From assembly GCA_964569015.1 (NCBI GenBank), contig CAZMSN010000001.1:36439-95444 (forward strand): DNA of 59,006 nt, read 5' to 3'. The position numbers were made by a program, and so were the translations under genes. This stretch comes from an uncultured Acidimicrobiaceae bacterium. Lineage in GTDB: Bacteria; Actinomycetota; Acidimicrobiia; Spongiisociales; UBA5794. The notes under the pieces were generated by a model, which had not been told where the DNA came from, did not search any database, and worked only from the letters and a program-made list of their open reading frames with translations. How positions within the stretch are numbered: the stretch's first letter is position 1; the number at the start of each line of letters is the position of its first letter. Positions 39,932 to 48,513 of the stretch are shown one piece after another.

Positions 39932-41089
39932 ATGGACGAGCGCGGTCCTCTGGTTTCGCATACCCTCGATTCCCTGACCCCGGACGACCCTGAGGTCGAT
40001 TGGGGCTGGGACGACGTGCCCGAGACGCTCCGTCCGCGGCGCCGATTGCCGAAGTGGCCGTTCGTGATCGCCGGGCTCATGCTGCTGCTGGGCACCGTCC
40101 TGGCGCTGGCGTGGCCGATCAACGTCCCGTACTACGCGATGTCGCCCGGCCCGGTGAACGACGTCAGCGACTTCGTGCAGATCGACGACCCTGTGGATGT
40201 TTCCACCGGCGACCTGTTCTTCCTCACCGTGTCGCTGAAGGAGGTGAACGTCCTCGAGTGGCTGGCGGCGAAGCTCGACTCCAGGGTCGATCTGAGCCCG
40301 CGGGAGACCATCCGTCCCGCCGGTGTGTCGCAGGAGGATCTGCGGCGCCAGAACATCGAACTGATGGAGCGCTCCAAGCAGAACGCCATCTTCGTGGCGC
40401 TGACCCGCCTCGGCTACGAGGTGACCTACGAGGGCTCGGGCGCCCTGGTGAATGCCACGATCGAGGAGTCGGCTGCCGAGGGCGTGCTGGAGTCCGGGGA
40501 CGTGATCGTGGCTTTGAACGGGGAGCCGGTGGAGTTCTCCACCGATGCGGTGGCCATCATCGGCGAATTCGGGCCGGGCGAGAGCATCACGCTGATGATC
40601 GAGCGCCCGATCGGCGAGGAGGGCACCGAGTTCGAGACGCTGGAGATCCCGATCGTGCTGGGCCCGTACCGGTCGGTGGAAGACGACGGCGACATCGTGG
40701 TGGACGAGAGCCGCGGCATGGTCGGGGTGATGCTGGGCGACGCTCCCGTGGAGCTGGTCTTCCCGGTGGAGGTCGAGATCGATTCGCGCAACATCGGCGG
40801 GCCGTCGGCCGGGTTGATGTTCACGCTCGAGATCATGGACGAGCTGAGCGCCGACGACTTGACCGGCGGGCACCGCATCGCCGGGACCGGGACCATCGAT
40901 CAGGACGGCGTCGTGGGGTCCATCGGCGGGGTACGCCAGAAGGTGTACGGCGCGATCGATGCCGGAGCCGATTTCGTGCTGGTTCCCAGCAACAATTACG
41001 ACGATGCGCTCACCGCCGCCGGTGACGACATCGAGGTGGTGGCGGTGGGGACGATCGACGATGCGCTCTCGTTCCTGGAGACTCTCTAG
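39932..41089 (+). CDS. PDZ-containing Lon-like (S16, YlbL-type) protease
   Basis: PYYAMSPG, PDZ domain, IGGPSAGLMF (Ser), IAGTGTI, GGVRQK (Lys). Confidence 0.92.
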   Translation: MDERGPLVSHTLDSLTPDDPEVDWGWDDVPETLRPRRRLPKWPFVIAGLMLLLGTVLALAWPINVPYYAMSPGPVNDVSDFVQIDDPVDVSTGDLFFLTVSLKEVNVLEWLAAKLDSRVDLSPRETIRPAGVSQEDLRRQNIELMERSKQNAIFVALTRLGYEVTYEGSGALVNATIEESAAEGVLESGDVIVALNGEPVEFSTDAVAIIGEFGPGESITLMIERPIGEEGTEFETLEIPIVLGPYRSVEDDGDIVVDESRGMVGVMLGDAPVELVFPVEVEIDSRNIGGPSAGLMFTLEIMDELSADDLTGGHRIAGTGTIDQDGVVGSIGGVRQKVYGAIDAGADFVLVPSNNYDDALTAAGDDIEVVAVGTIDDALSFLETL

Positions 41090-41149
41090 AGGCTCCCGGA
41101 GGCCACAAACCTCGTGGGATCGGGGTATCAGGGGGTATCGTGACCGGCG

Positions 41150-43150
41150 ATGGCTGACGATCTCCGTCCCGCCGATATTCGGGCCCGCGAATTCTCCACT
41201 TCGCGGCGTGGCTACGACCCGTCTGAGGTGGATGAGTTCTTGGACACGGTGGCGGCCAGGGTCGCCGAGTTGGAGGAGCGGCTTTCCAGCCTCGAGGGCC
41301 GGCTCGGCCAGCTCGGCCTCGACGACCTGCAGGATCTCTCGGTGGAGTTGAGCGTCGTCGGCGCCGAGGTGGGCCGTGTTCTGGAGGCGGCGCGAGAGGC
41401 CGCCGAGTTGATGCGGTCCCGAGCCACGGGGGATGCGGCGCGCTGGCGGGCCGAGGCCGAGGCGGAGGCGTCGACCATGCGGGAGGAAGCCGCACACGAC
41501 GCCGAGACGGCCCGCGGCTCGGCCTGGACGGAAGGGACGGCACTGCTGGAGCAGGCGATGAGCGCGAGCGCCGAGATCGTCGAGACCGCTCGCCAGGAGG
41601 CGTTGTTTGTCAGGGCCGAGGCGGAGCGGGATGCGCTGCGCTTGGCCACCAGTGCCCGTCGTGAGGCCGACGACGTTGTGCGGTCATCCCGCAATGAAGC
41701 GGAGGGCATGCTCATCGCGGCCCGGGCGGAGAGCACCGAGATCCTCGAGACGGCTCGCCAGTCGGCGGAGACGGCCCAGGAGCGGGCTCGGGCGTTGGAG
41801 CAACGGCGGGGCGAGCTGATGGCGGAGCTGGAGGCGGCGCGGACGTCGATCGACGAGCTGGAGGCCCAGATCGACACCCGGAAGGATGCACTCCAGCCTT
41901 CGCCGCCGAGTTCGAGGCCGGGAGTCCGGGTGATCGGCCACGGCGAGGCGAAGAGCCACTGGTCCGACGGCGAGGGGCTGGTGCGCATCGTGCCCGGGTC
42001 GGGGATGGGCTCCGGTGAGCCGATCGACGCCGACGCCATGGCGGCCGAGGTGGAGTTGTTGCGGGCCGAGGGGTTGCCGGAGCCGGAGGAACCGGAACCT
42101 GAGCCGGAACTGGAGGTGGCGGAGGAGCCGGAGCCGGAGCCCGAGGAACCGGAACCTGAGCCGGAACTGGAGCTGGAGGTGGCGGAGGAGCCGGAGCCCG
42201 AGGAACCGGAATCCGAGGCCGAGCCGGAACCCGAGCCGGAACCTGAGCCGGAACCTGAGCTGGAGGTGGCGGAGGAGCCAGAGCCGGAACCCGAGCCGGA
42301 ACCGGAACCCAGGGTCGCCTCAGAAGAATCGCAGCCGCCACCGGCACCGCCTCAGGAGATCGGCGACCTGTTCGCCCTCTTGCGGGTTCCCCCCGAGCCC
42401 GAGCCCGAGCCCGAGTCACAGCCTGAGGCGGAGGTGGCCGCAGAGCCCGAGCCACAGCCCGAGCCACAGCCCGAGCCAGAGCCCGAGCCGGTGGCGCCGA
42501 TCGTCGCCACCGACCCTTTTGTGCTCCGTGATCGCCTCTTGCTCCCCATCGAGAATCGGGTGCTGCGGGAAGTGAAGCGAAGCATCGTGGACCTCCAGAA
42601 CGAGGTGCTGGAGGGCCTCCGCATCTCCGGCACCGATTGGCGCCCGACGCTGCCCCCCTTCAACGAGGCGGTGAGCGGTGAGCTCGCGGGATTGGCCCGG
42701 GAGAGCTTCGTGGCGGGCCGTGCCGCCGCTTCCCAACTGGTGGGAGCCGAGGCGCTGGCTCCGGCCGAGGTGCCGGTGAGAAGCGGGATCGGCGCCGAGT
42801 TCGCCATCGGGCTCGAGCATGCCGTCGAAGCCGCCTTCGAGCGGGCCGCCGGGACCGACGGCCCCAGGAAGATCGGAGCGGCGGTGAGCCGCGTGTTCCG
42901 TGGCTGGCGCACCGACGAGGCCGAGCGCCGGGTGCGTTACGTCGCCCGGCGCGCCTATCACGACGGTGTGCTCGCTGGATTCGTGGAGCTGGGGGTGTCG
43001 GCGGTGACGGCCGTGGCCACAGGCCGGCCGTGTGGGGCATGTGCCGCCGGCAGCGGTGCCGTGTGGGCGCCCGGGGAGGCGCCACCCGATGACATGGAGG
43101 TGCCGCCGGCCGGGCCGGAATGCGGCGACACGATCGTGCCCGCCGGATGA
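41150..43150 (+). CDS. DivIVA-domain coiled-coil protein with Glu-Pro linker and Cys-containing C-terminal domain
   Basis: [29 protein letters not shown]-terminus, long coiled coil, EP repeats, C-terminal PCGAC...PPAGPEC. Confidence 0.85.
   Translation: MADDLRPADIRAREFSTSRRGYDPSEVDEFLDTVAARVAELEERLSSLEGRLGQLGLDDLQDLSVELSVVGAEVGRVLEAAREAAELMRSRATGDAARWRAEAEAEASTMREEAAHDAETARGSAWTEGTALLEQAMSASAEIVETARQEALFVRAEAERDALRLATSARREADDVVRSSRNEAEGMLIAARAESTEILETARQSAETAQERARALEQRRGELMAELEAARTSIDELEAQIDTRKDALQPSPPSSRPGVRVIGHGEAKSHWSDGEGLVRIVPGSGMGSGEPIDADAMAAEVELLRAEGLPEPEEPEPEPELEVAEEPEPEPEEPEPEPELELEVAEEPEPEEPESEAEPEPEPEPEPEPELEVAEEPEPEPEPEPEPRVASEESQPPPAPPQEIGDLFALLRVPPEPEPEPESQPEAEVAAEPEPQPEPQPEPEPEPVAPIVATDPFVLRDRLLLPIENRVLREVKRSIVDLQNEVLEGLRISGTDWRPTLPPFNEAVSGELAGLARESFVAGRAAASQLVGAEALAPAEVPVRSGIGAEFAIGLEHAVEAAFERAAGTDGPRKIGAAVSRVFRGWRTDEAERRVRYVARRAYHDGVLAGFVELGVSAVTAVATGRPCGACAAGSGAVWAPGEAPPDDMEVPPAGPECGDTIVPAG
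42070..42490 (+). repeat. Coding tandem repeats ([15 protein letters not shown] x3, QPEP)
   Basis: Repeated gagccggaacc and ctggaggtggcggaggagcc units. Confidence 0.9.
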
Positions 43151-43190
43151 CGCCGGAAGCCGCGGCCGGCAGGACGAATAGACTGAACCC

Positions 43191-46058
43191 GTGATCAACC
43201 GAGAACCCATCCCCATCCGCACCCGCTCACGCTCGCGTCGCCTGCTGACGATCATCGCAATCGTGGTGGTCGTCCTGCTGCTGATGATGCGCTCGATCGC
43301 CACCTTCTGGACCGACTTCCTCTGGTTCGATTCGGTCGACCAGACCGGGGTGTGGACCACCGTGCTGTACGCCAGGGTGGGGCTCGTGCTGGTCGCCACC
43401 GTGGTCGCTTTCCTGTTGTTCTTCGGCAACCTGTGGCTGGCCGATCGCCTCTCGCCGCGCCGCCCTCCGCTCGCCGGTAGCCCCGACGAGGAGCTGCTGG
43501 AGCGGTACCAGGAGTGGATCGCCCCGCGCATCAGGTGGATCCGGCTGGGCGTCTCGGCCTTCTTCGGGCTGATGGTGGGCCTCGGTGCCGCCGTGTGGTG
43601 GAAGGAGTACCTGCTGTACCGCAACGGGGTGGAGTTCGGGATCACCGATCCGATCTTCCACAACGACATCGGGCTGTACGTGTTCAACCTGCCGTTCTAC
43701 CGGGCGCTGTTCGGTTGGGCGTTCCAGCTCCTGCTGGTGGTGACCATGGTGACGGCGGCCCTGCACTACCTCAACGGCGGCATCCAGATGCAGCTCCGGC
43801 GCCGCGTCAGCCCGGGGGTGAAGGTGCACCTCTCGGTGCTGTTCGCCGTGCTGGCGCTGTTGAAGGCGGTCGGCTACCTGCTCGACCGCTGGGAGCTGCT
43901 CTATTCGGCCCGGGGCCAGGTGTTCGGTGCCTCCTACACCGACGTCAAGGCGCAGGTGCCGGCCCTGAACCTGCTGATCCTCATCTCGCTGGTGGCGGCC
44001 GTGATCCTGCTGGTGAACCTGCGTTTCCGGGGCTGGACGCTGCCGGTGGTCGCCCTGGGGTTGTGGCTGTTCACCTCGATCGTGGTGGGTGGCATCTACC
44101 CACAGCTCGTGCAGCGCTTCCGGGTGGTTCCCGACGAGATCAACAAGGAAGAGGAGTACGTCGCCCACAACATCGAGTTCACCCGGGCCGCATACGGCCT
44201 CACCGACGTCGAAGCGCAGCCGTTCGCCGCGTCCGCCGACCTGGAGTCCGCCGACCTGGAGGCGAACCGGTCGACCATCGACAACATTCGCCTGTGGGAC
44301 CCGGCGGTGCTCAACACCACCTACCGTCAGCTTCAGGAGATCAGGACGTTCTACGGCATCGAGGACGTCGACGTCGACCGCTACCTCGTCGACGGGGAGC
44401 TGACGCAGGTGATGGTCTCGGCCCGCGAGCTCGACGAGAACAACATCCCCGGCGGGGGCTGGGTGAACGAGCGCCTCGTGTACACCCACGGTTTTGGGGC
44501 GGTGGTGAGCCCGGCGAATGCGGTGACGGTGGAGGGCCAGCCGGACTTCTTCGTGCAGGACATTCCGCCGGTGACGGCGGTGGAGAGCCTCGAGATCGAC
44601 GAGGCGAGGATTTACTTCGGCGACTCGGCCGAGTCGGATTACCTGATCGTCAAGACCGCCGAGCGGGAGGTGGATTACCCCATCGGCGAAGGTGAGGAGA
44701 ACGTCGCATACACCACCTACACCGGCAACGGCGGGGTCACCTTGGGCGGGTTCCTTCGCCGGGCGGCGTGGGCGCTGCGCTTCGCCGACGTCGACATGTT
44801 GATCTCGGGCAACCTTTCGGGCGACAGCGTGGTGCTGATGGAGCGCAACATCCGCGAAAGGGTGTTGAAGATCGCCCCGTTCCTGGAGTCCGACGCCGAC
44901 CCGTACCTGGTGGTGGTGGACGGCCGCCTCGAGTGGGTGCTCGATCTCTACACCACCTCGAACAACTACCCCTACTCGGAGTCGGCGTTCACGGGGCGCC
45001 TCGACGAAGGCCCCGGCCTTCCCGACGACTTCAACTACATCCGCAACTCGGTGAAGGCCGTCGTCGACGCCTACGACGGCGACATGACTCTGTACGTGGT
45101 GGACCCGACCGATCCGCTGATCCAGGTGCAGCAGAAGATCTTCCCCGACGTGTTCACCGACGGCGCCGAGATGCCGCAGGCGATCCGGGAGCATCTGCGG
45201 TACCCCGAGGACCTGTTCCGGGTGCAGTCGGACATGTACCAGGCGTACCACATCACCGACCCCCGCCAGTTCTTCTCGCTGACCGACCCATGGCAGATCG
45301 CCCGGGATCCGTCCACCTCGCCGACGGATCTGCGGGCCACCTTCAAGACCGTCGACGGCAATCCGTTCCGGCCGATGCTGCCGTACTACCTGCTGATGAG
45401 GCTGCCGGGTGAGGAGGAGCTGACGTTTCTCATCATGCAGCCGTTCACCCCGGCGGACCGGCCCAACATGGTGTCGTTCATGGTGGCCAAGAGCGGTCCC
45501 GACGACTACGGGCACATCATCGACTACCGGCTCCCGGCAGCCTCGGCCCAGGACGGCCCGGGCCAGGTGGGGGACCTCATCAACCAGAACACCGACATCT
45601 CTGCCGAGTTCACCTTGCTGGGCCAGGGCGGCTCGCAGGTGATCCAGGGCAGCATGCTGGTGATCCCGATCGAGGAGTCGCTGCTGTACGTCCAGCCGAT
45701 CTACATCCGGGCCAACTCGGCGGGCAGCGGCGACACGACCGGGATTCCGGAGTTCAAGCGGGTGGTGGTGTCGTTCGACGGGCGGATCGAGATGCGGGAC
45801 ACCCTGGCCCAGGCGCTGGCGGCGGTTTTCGACGGCTACACCGCCCCGGGGGAGCCCAGCAACGGTGAGCCGCCCCCCGACGGCGGCGTGGTGGTGCCCT
45901 CCGGGGTGGCCCAGCTGGTAGCCCAGGCCCAGCAGGCCCTGCAGGAGGCCGACACCGCGCTGCGCAACGGCGACCTGGGCACCTACGCCGACAAGGTGAT
46001 CGAGGCGCAGAGCTTCATCGACGAGGCGCAGGGGATCATCGCCGGCACGACCCCGTAG
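43191..46058 (+). CDS. UPF0182-family membrane protein
   Basis: WTDFLWF, DPIFHNDIG, IRLWDP, YTHGFG, YPYS, NYIRNSVK, RYPEDLF, PYYLL. Confidence 0.95.
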   Translation: MINREPIPIRTRSRSRRLLTIIAIVVVVLLLMMRSIATFWTDFLWFDSVDQTGVWTTVLYARVGLVLVATVVAFLLFFGNLWLADRLSPRRPPLAGSPDEELLERYQEWIAPRIRWIRLGVSAFFGLMVGLGAAVWWKEYLLYRNGVEFGITDPIFHNDIGLYVFNLPFYRALFGWAFQLLLVVTMVTAALHYLNGGIQMQLRRRVSPGVKVHLSVLFAVLALLKAVGYLLDRWELLYSARGQVFGASYTDVKAQVPALNLLILISLVAAVILLVNLRFRGWTLPVVALGLWLFTSIVVGGIYPQLVQRFRVVPDEINKEEEYVAHNIEFTRAAYGLTDVEAQPFAASADLESADLEANRSTIDNIRLWDPAVLNTTYRQLQEIRTFYGIEDVDVDRYLVDGELTQVMVSARELDENNIPGGGWVNERLVYTHGFGAVVSPANAVTVEGQPDFFVQDIPPVTAVESLEIDEARIYFGDSAESDYLIVKTAEREVDYPIGEGEENVAYTTYTGNGGVTLGGFLRRAAWALRFADVDMLISGNLSGDSVVLMERNIRERVLKIAPFLESDADPYLVVVDGRLEWVLDLYTTSNNYPYSESAFTGRLDEGPGLPDDFNYIRNSVKAVVDAYDGDMTLYVVDPTDPLIQVQQKIFPDVFTDGAEMPQAIREHLRYPEDLFRVQSDMYQAYHITDPRQFFSLTDPWQIARDPSTSPTDLRATFKTVDGNPFRPMLPYYLLMRLPGEEELTFLIMQPFTPADRPNMVSFMVAKSGPDDYGHIIDYRLPAASAQDGPGQVGDLINQNTDISAEFTLLGQGGSQVIQGSMLVIPIEESLLYVQPIYIRANSAGSGDTTGIPEFKRVVVSFDGRIEMRDTLAQALAAVFDGYTAPGEPSNGEPPPDGGVVVPSGVAQLVAQAQQALQEADTALRNGDLGTYADKVIEAQSFIDEAQGIIAGTTP

Positions 46059-46107
46059 CCAGTTTCCGGGAGTTCCGGTCTGCGGTACACTGTGGGTTCA
46101 CAAGCGA

Positions 46108-46181
<74 letters not shown>

Positions 46182-46185
46182 CGAC

Positions 46186-46216
46186 AAGAAGCCTGGGCCA
46201 CGTGCCCGGGCTTCTT
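46186..46216 (+). terminator. Hairpin after tRNA-Met
   Basis: aagaagcctgggc-cacgt-gcccgggcttctt. Confidence 0.75.
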
Positions 46217-46243
46217 GGCGTTTCCGATGGATTTGGACCAAGA

Positions 46244-46340
46244 CGCGGGTTCAACGAGGTTTCGTCGAGCGAGCGCAGCCCAGTTGGACCTAGGGAGTCC
46301 GCGGAGCGATGGTCGACGAGACCTCGCCCCGCCCCCGCTA
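46244..46340 (+). repeat. tRNA-Met 3' fragment 1 with 72-bp T-loop insertion (46255-46326)
   Basis: cgcgggttcaa + insert + ccccgcccccgcta. Confidence 0.92.
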
Positions 46341-46346
46341 CGAAGG

Positions 46347-46380
46347 AAGGCCCCGGTCAGCGAGCTGCTGGCCGGGGCTT
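46347..46380 (+). terminator. Hairpin after tRNA fragment 1
   Basis: aaggccccggtcagc-gagct-gctggccggggctt. Confidence 0.7.
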
Positions 46381-46430
46381 CTACCGTCTGTGGTCTTCTT
46401 CTACCGTCGCTTCTACCGGATGTTCTACCG
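46379..46430 (+). repeat. Four TTCTACCG repeats, candidate integrase arm-type sites
   Basis: Exact copies at 46379, 46399, 46411, 46423. Confidence 0.75.
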
Positions 46431-46433
46431 GGC

Positions 46434-47534
46434 TCAACCTGTAGAAGCAGCCGGAGCGATCAGGTTCTCGAACACTCTGGCGGCTTCAGCTTGCATGCCG
46501 GGGAGGACGTGTTGGTAGGCGTCGATGGTGAACGCCGGGTTCCCGTGTCCGAGTCGTTCCGACACGACCTTGACGGGTACTCCAGCTTTGATGAGCAGGG
46601 TGCCGTGGGTGTGTCGGAGGTCGTGGAGTCGGATGGGTGGGACACCCGCTCTGGCGCTGATCCGTTCGAAGGTTTGGGAGATCGAGTGGGGGTGGATCGG
46701 GTTGCCGGCGGCGTCGGTGAATACCCAGCCGCGAGGTTCGATCCCCACTACTTCTTGTTCTGTCTTCTGCCATGCCTGCCATGCGGTGAGCACGTCGATG
46801 GTGGTTGGGTCGAGGTCGATCGCTCGGCGGGCGTTGTGGGTCTTGCCTCGTGACTCGTGTACCTCGTAGGCAACCGCGACCAGTCCGCGACTGACAGATA
46901 GGCTGCCGGCGGCGAGGTCGATGTCCTCCCAGCGCAGGCCGAGCAGTTCGGAGCGTCGCAGGCCGGTGGTGGCGGCGAGCCAGAAGGCCGGGAAGAGGCG
47001 GTGGCCGGCTGCGGTACGCAGAAACGCTTGTAGCCGTTGGGCGTGGGCCACCAAGGCGACGTTGCGGGTGACGAGGCCCCGGCGGACCGCGTCGTTGAGG
47101 GCGCTGCGGATGATCAGATGCACCTCCAGCACAGTCTTGGGTGCGAGCGGTCTGCGTCCGTCGGTTGGGTGCAGCATCCGCTCGTAGAGGGTTTCGAGGT
47201 GGTGTGGGCGGAGCCGACGGATCGCGATCCGACCGATTATTGGGATGATGTGACGGTCGATCTTGCGCCGGTAGCCGTCCCACGTGCTGGCAGCCAACTC
47301 CAGCTTCTTGCCGGGGAGCCAGCGGGTGGTCACCTAGGCGCCGAAGGTGAGCGAACGGGCGTCGTCGTTGCGACCGTTGAGCTCGGCGGCGAGACGGGCG
47401 GTGAGCTTCTCGGCTTCCTGGCGGTCGGTGCCAGCGGGATGCCAGCTGCGGCGTTCCCGACCGGTGACCGGGTCCAGGCCTTCATAGATGACCGCGTACC
47501 AGCGGTTTCCCTTGTGTGCGACGTAGCCTTTCAT
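46434..47534 (-). pseudogene. Tyrosine integrase 1, split by in-frame TAG at 47334-47336, with a 16-aa internal deletion
   Basis: 66-aa arm-like domain, then GLRRSE, HDLRH, LGH, YQH catalytic motifs; linker shorter than in paralog 2. Confidence 0.9.
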
Positions 47535-47569
47535 GATGGTCCTCCTTTTCGGGTCCGACGTTTGGAACC

Positions 47570-47589
47570 CGGTAGAAGGATCGGTAGAA
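47570..47589 (-). repeat. Two TTCTACCG repeats upstream of integrase 1
   Basis: CGGTAGAA at 47570 and 47582 on + strand, 12-bp period. Confidence 0.7.
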
Positions 47590-47673
47590 GAACAGGAGAG
47601 CTTGCGGAGCGTCTAAAGGTGGACGGTCAAGGCCAGCACTGGGAGCGGCATGACGATATGAGTAGGCGATTGG

Positions 47674-47922
47674 GTGTGCCTCCACCCGCCAGGGCCCAAC
47701 GGGGATACGCCCATACCTTGTCGACTCATACAGGATCGAGCCGGGCCAGGAGGTCAACGTGACGAAGCGACACCGGAAGGGCGCACCTATCCGAAGGATT
47801 GGCAGCGTTGTCGAGGATGCGGAGTGCTCGTGACGCTGGGGACGGACCACGATTGTCAGTCTCTGATGTCAACCGGGAAAGAGATACAACCGGAACTTGG
47901 CGGAGACGACGACGCCGAGTGA
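47674..47922 (+). CDS. Possible small Cys/His-motif protein
   Basis: CRGC...HDC motif and acidic tail; coding status unproven. Confidence 0.3.
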   Translation: MCLHPPGPNGDTPIPCRLIQDRAGPGGQRDEATPEGRTYPKDWQRCRGCGVLVTLGTDHDCQSLMSTGKEIQPELGGDDDAE

Positions 47923-47994
47923 GAACCGCCAGCGGATCGAGCGGTTGCGAGGTGCCCGGCGGGTGGCTTCCGGGTGCGGGGGCGTCGGGACGCG

Positions 47995-48165
47995 AAAAGC
48001 CCCGAGGGAGTCTCGACCGAAACCTTGACCCTCTCGGGGTTTCCGACCAGCTGGAACTCTAAACCCCGAAGGGTTTGGTCTCCCGGAAGGTACCCAAGGT
48101 GGCCTCTCGGCCTCTTCAGGTCCGGTGCGGGGTTGCCCCCGATCCGACCGCCACACCATACGTTC
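47995..48165 (-). ncRNA. Candidate structured non-coding RNA
   Basis: On - strand: consecutive hairpins with GCAA, GAGA and cUUCGg tetraloops, then a long stem with a UUCG loop and a U-tract. Confidence 0.45.
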
Positions 48166-48513
48166 CACCTGACGGCTCCCACAAGTTCACGGACACCGAA
48201 GATTTCGCGTACCAGTCGAGCATTTCACGAACCGGCCCACCTGCGGATGCGGTGTGTTTGGGAGACTGCCGAGTTGTGTGGCGAGTGTCGCGATAGGACA
48301 CCGGGACGCGACAGCGGCGACCTGCCGGGGGGTGGGAAGTCGCCGTTGTCGCGAAGAGCCCATCCAGGGCTGGGCTGTGGAAGCGAGGCTACCTGGGGCT
48401 ATGTCGACGTCGAGTCGGTGCGGAGCCGGACAGACCCCAGCGGTGCGCCTCTCCTATAGGCCAGCCTGGACTCTGTGCGCATGCCTGGGTTGGGGCTGCA
48501 GGAGGATGAGCGT

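Noticed and set aside
39875-41497. Long 814-aa minus-strand ORF 39053-41497
   Set aside because: Only the last 273 codons are a real gene; the rest is the antisense shadow of the PDZ protease and DivIVA genes.
3405-45515. Numerous long antisense or alternate-frame ORFs (e.g. 3405-5018, 16562-18463, 30139-32421, 43227-45515)
   Set aside because: Typical high-GC shadow ORFs opposite well-supported genes, with no recognisable motifs.
47334-47336. Pyrrolysine or programmed readthrough of the integrase stop
   Set aside because: The paralog has TAA, no pyl genes are visible, and both genes carry other inactivating lesions.
47966-48010. c-di-GMP-I riboswitch (GGGACGC...AAAGCC on + strand)
   Set aside because: The upstream GGCAAACC/GAAA P2 elements are missing, and tetraloop polarity favours the opposite strand.
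48095-48150. Hammerhead ribozyme (CUGAAGA followed by a GAGA-capped stem on - strand)
   Set aside because: The required GAAA after stem II is absent and stem I/III geometry does not fit.
48120-48180. Group II intron domain V/VI (GAGCCG... on - strand)
   Set aside because: Upper stem, GNRA loop and AC bulge cannot be formed; no intron-encoded protein nearby.
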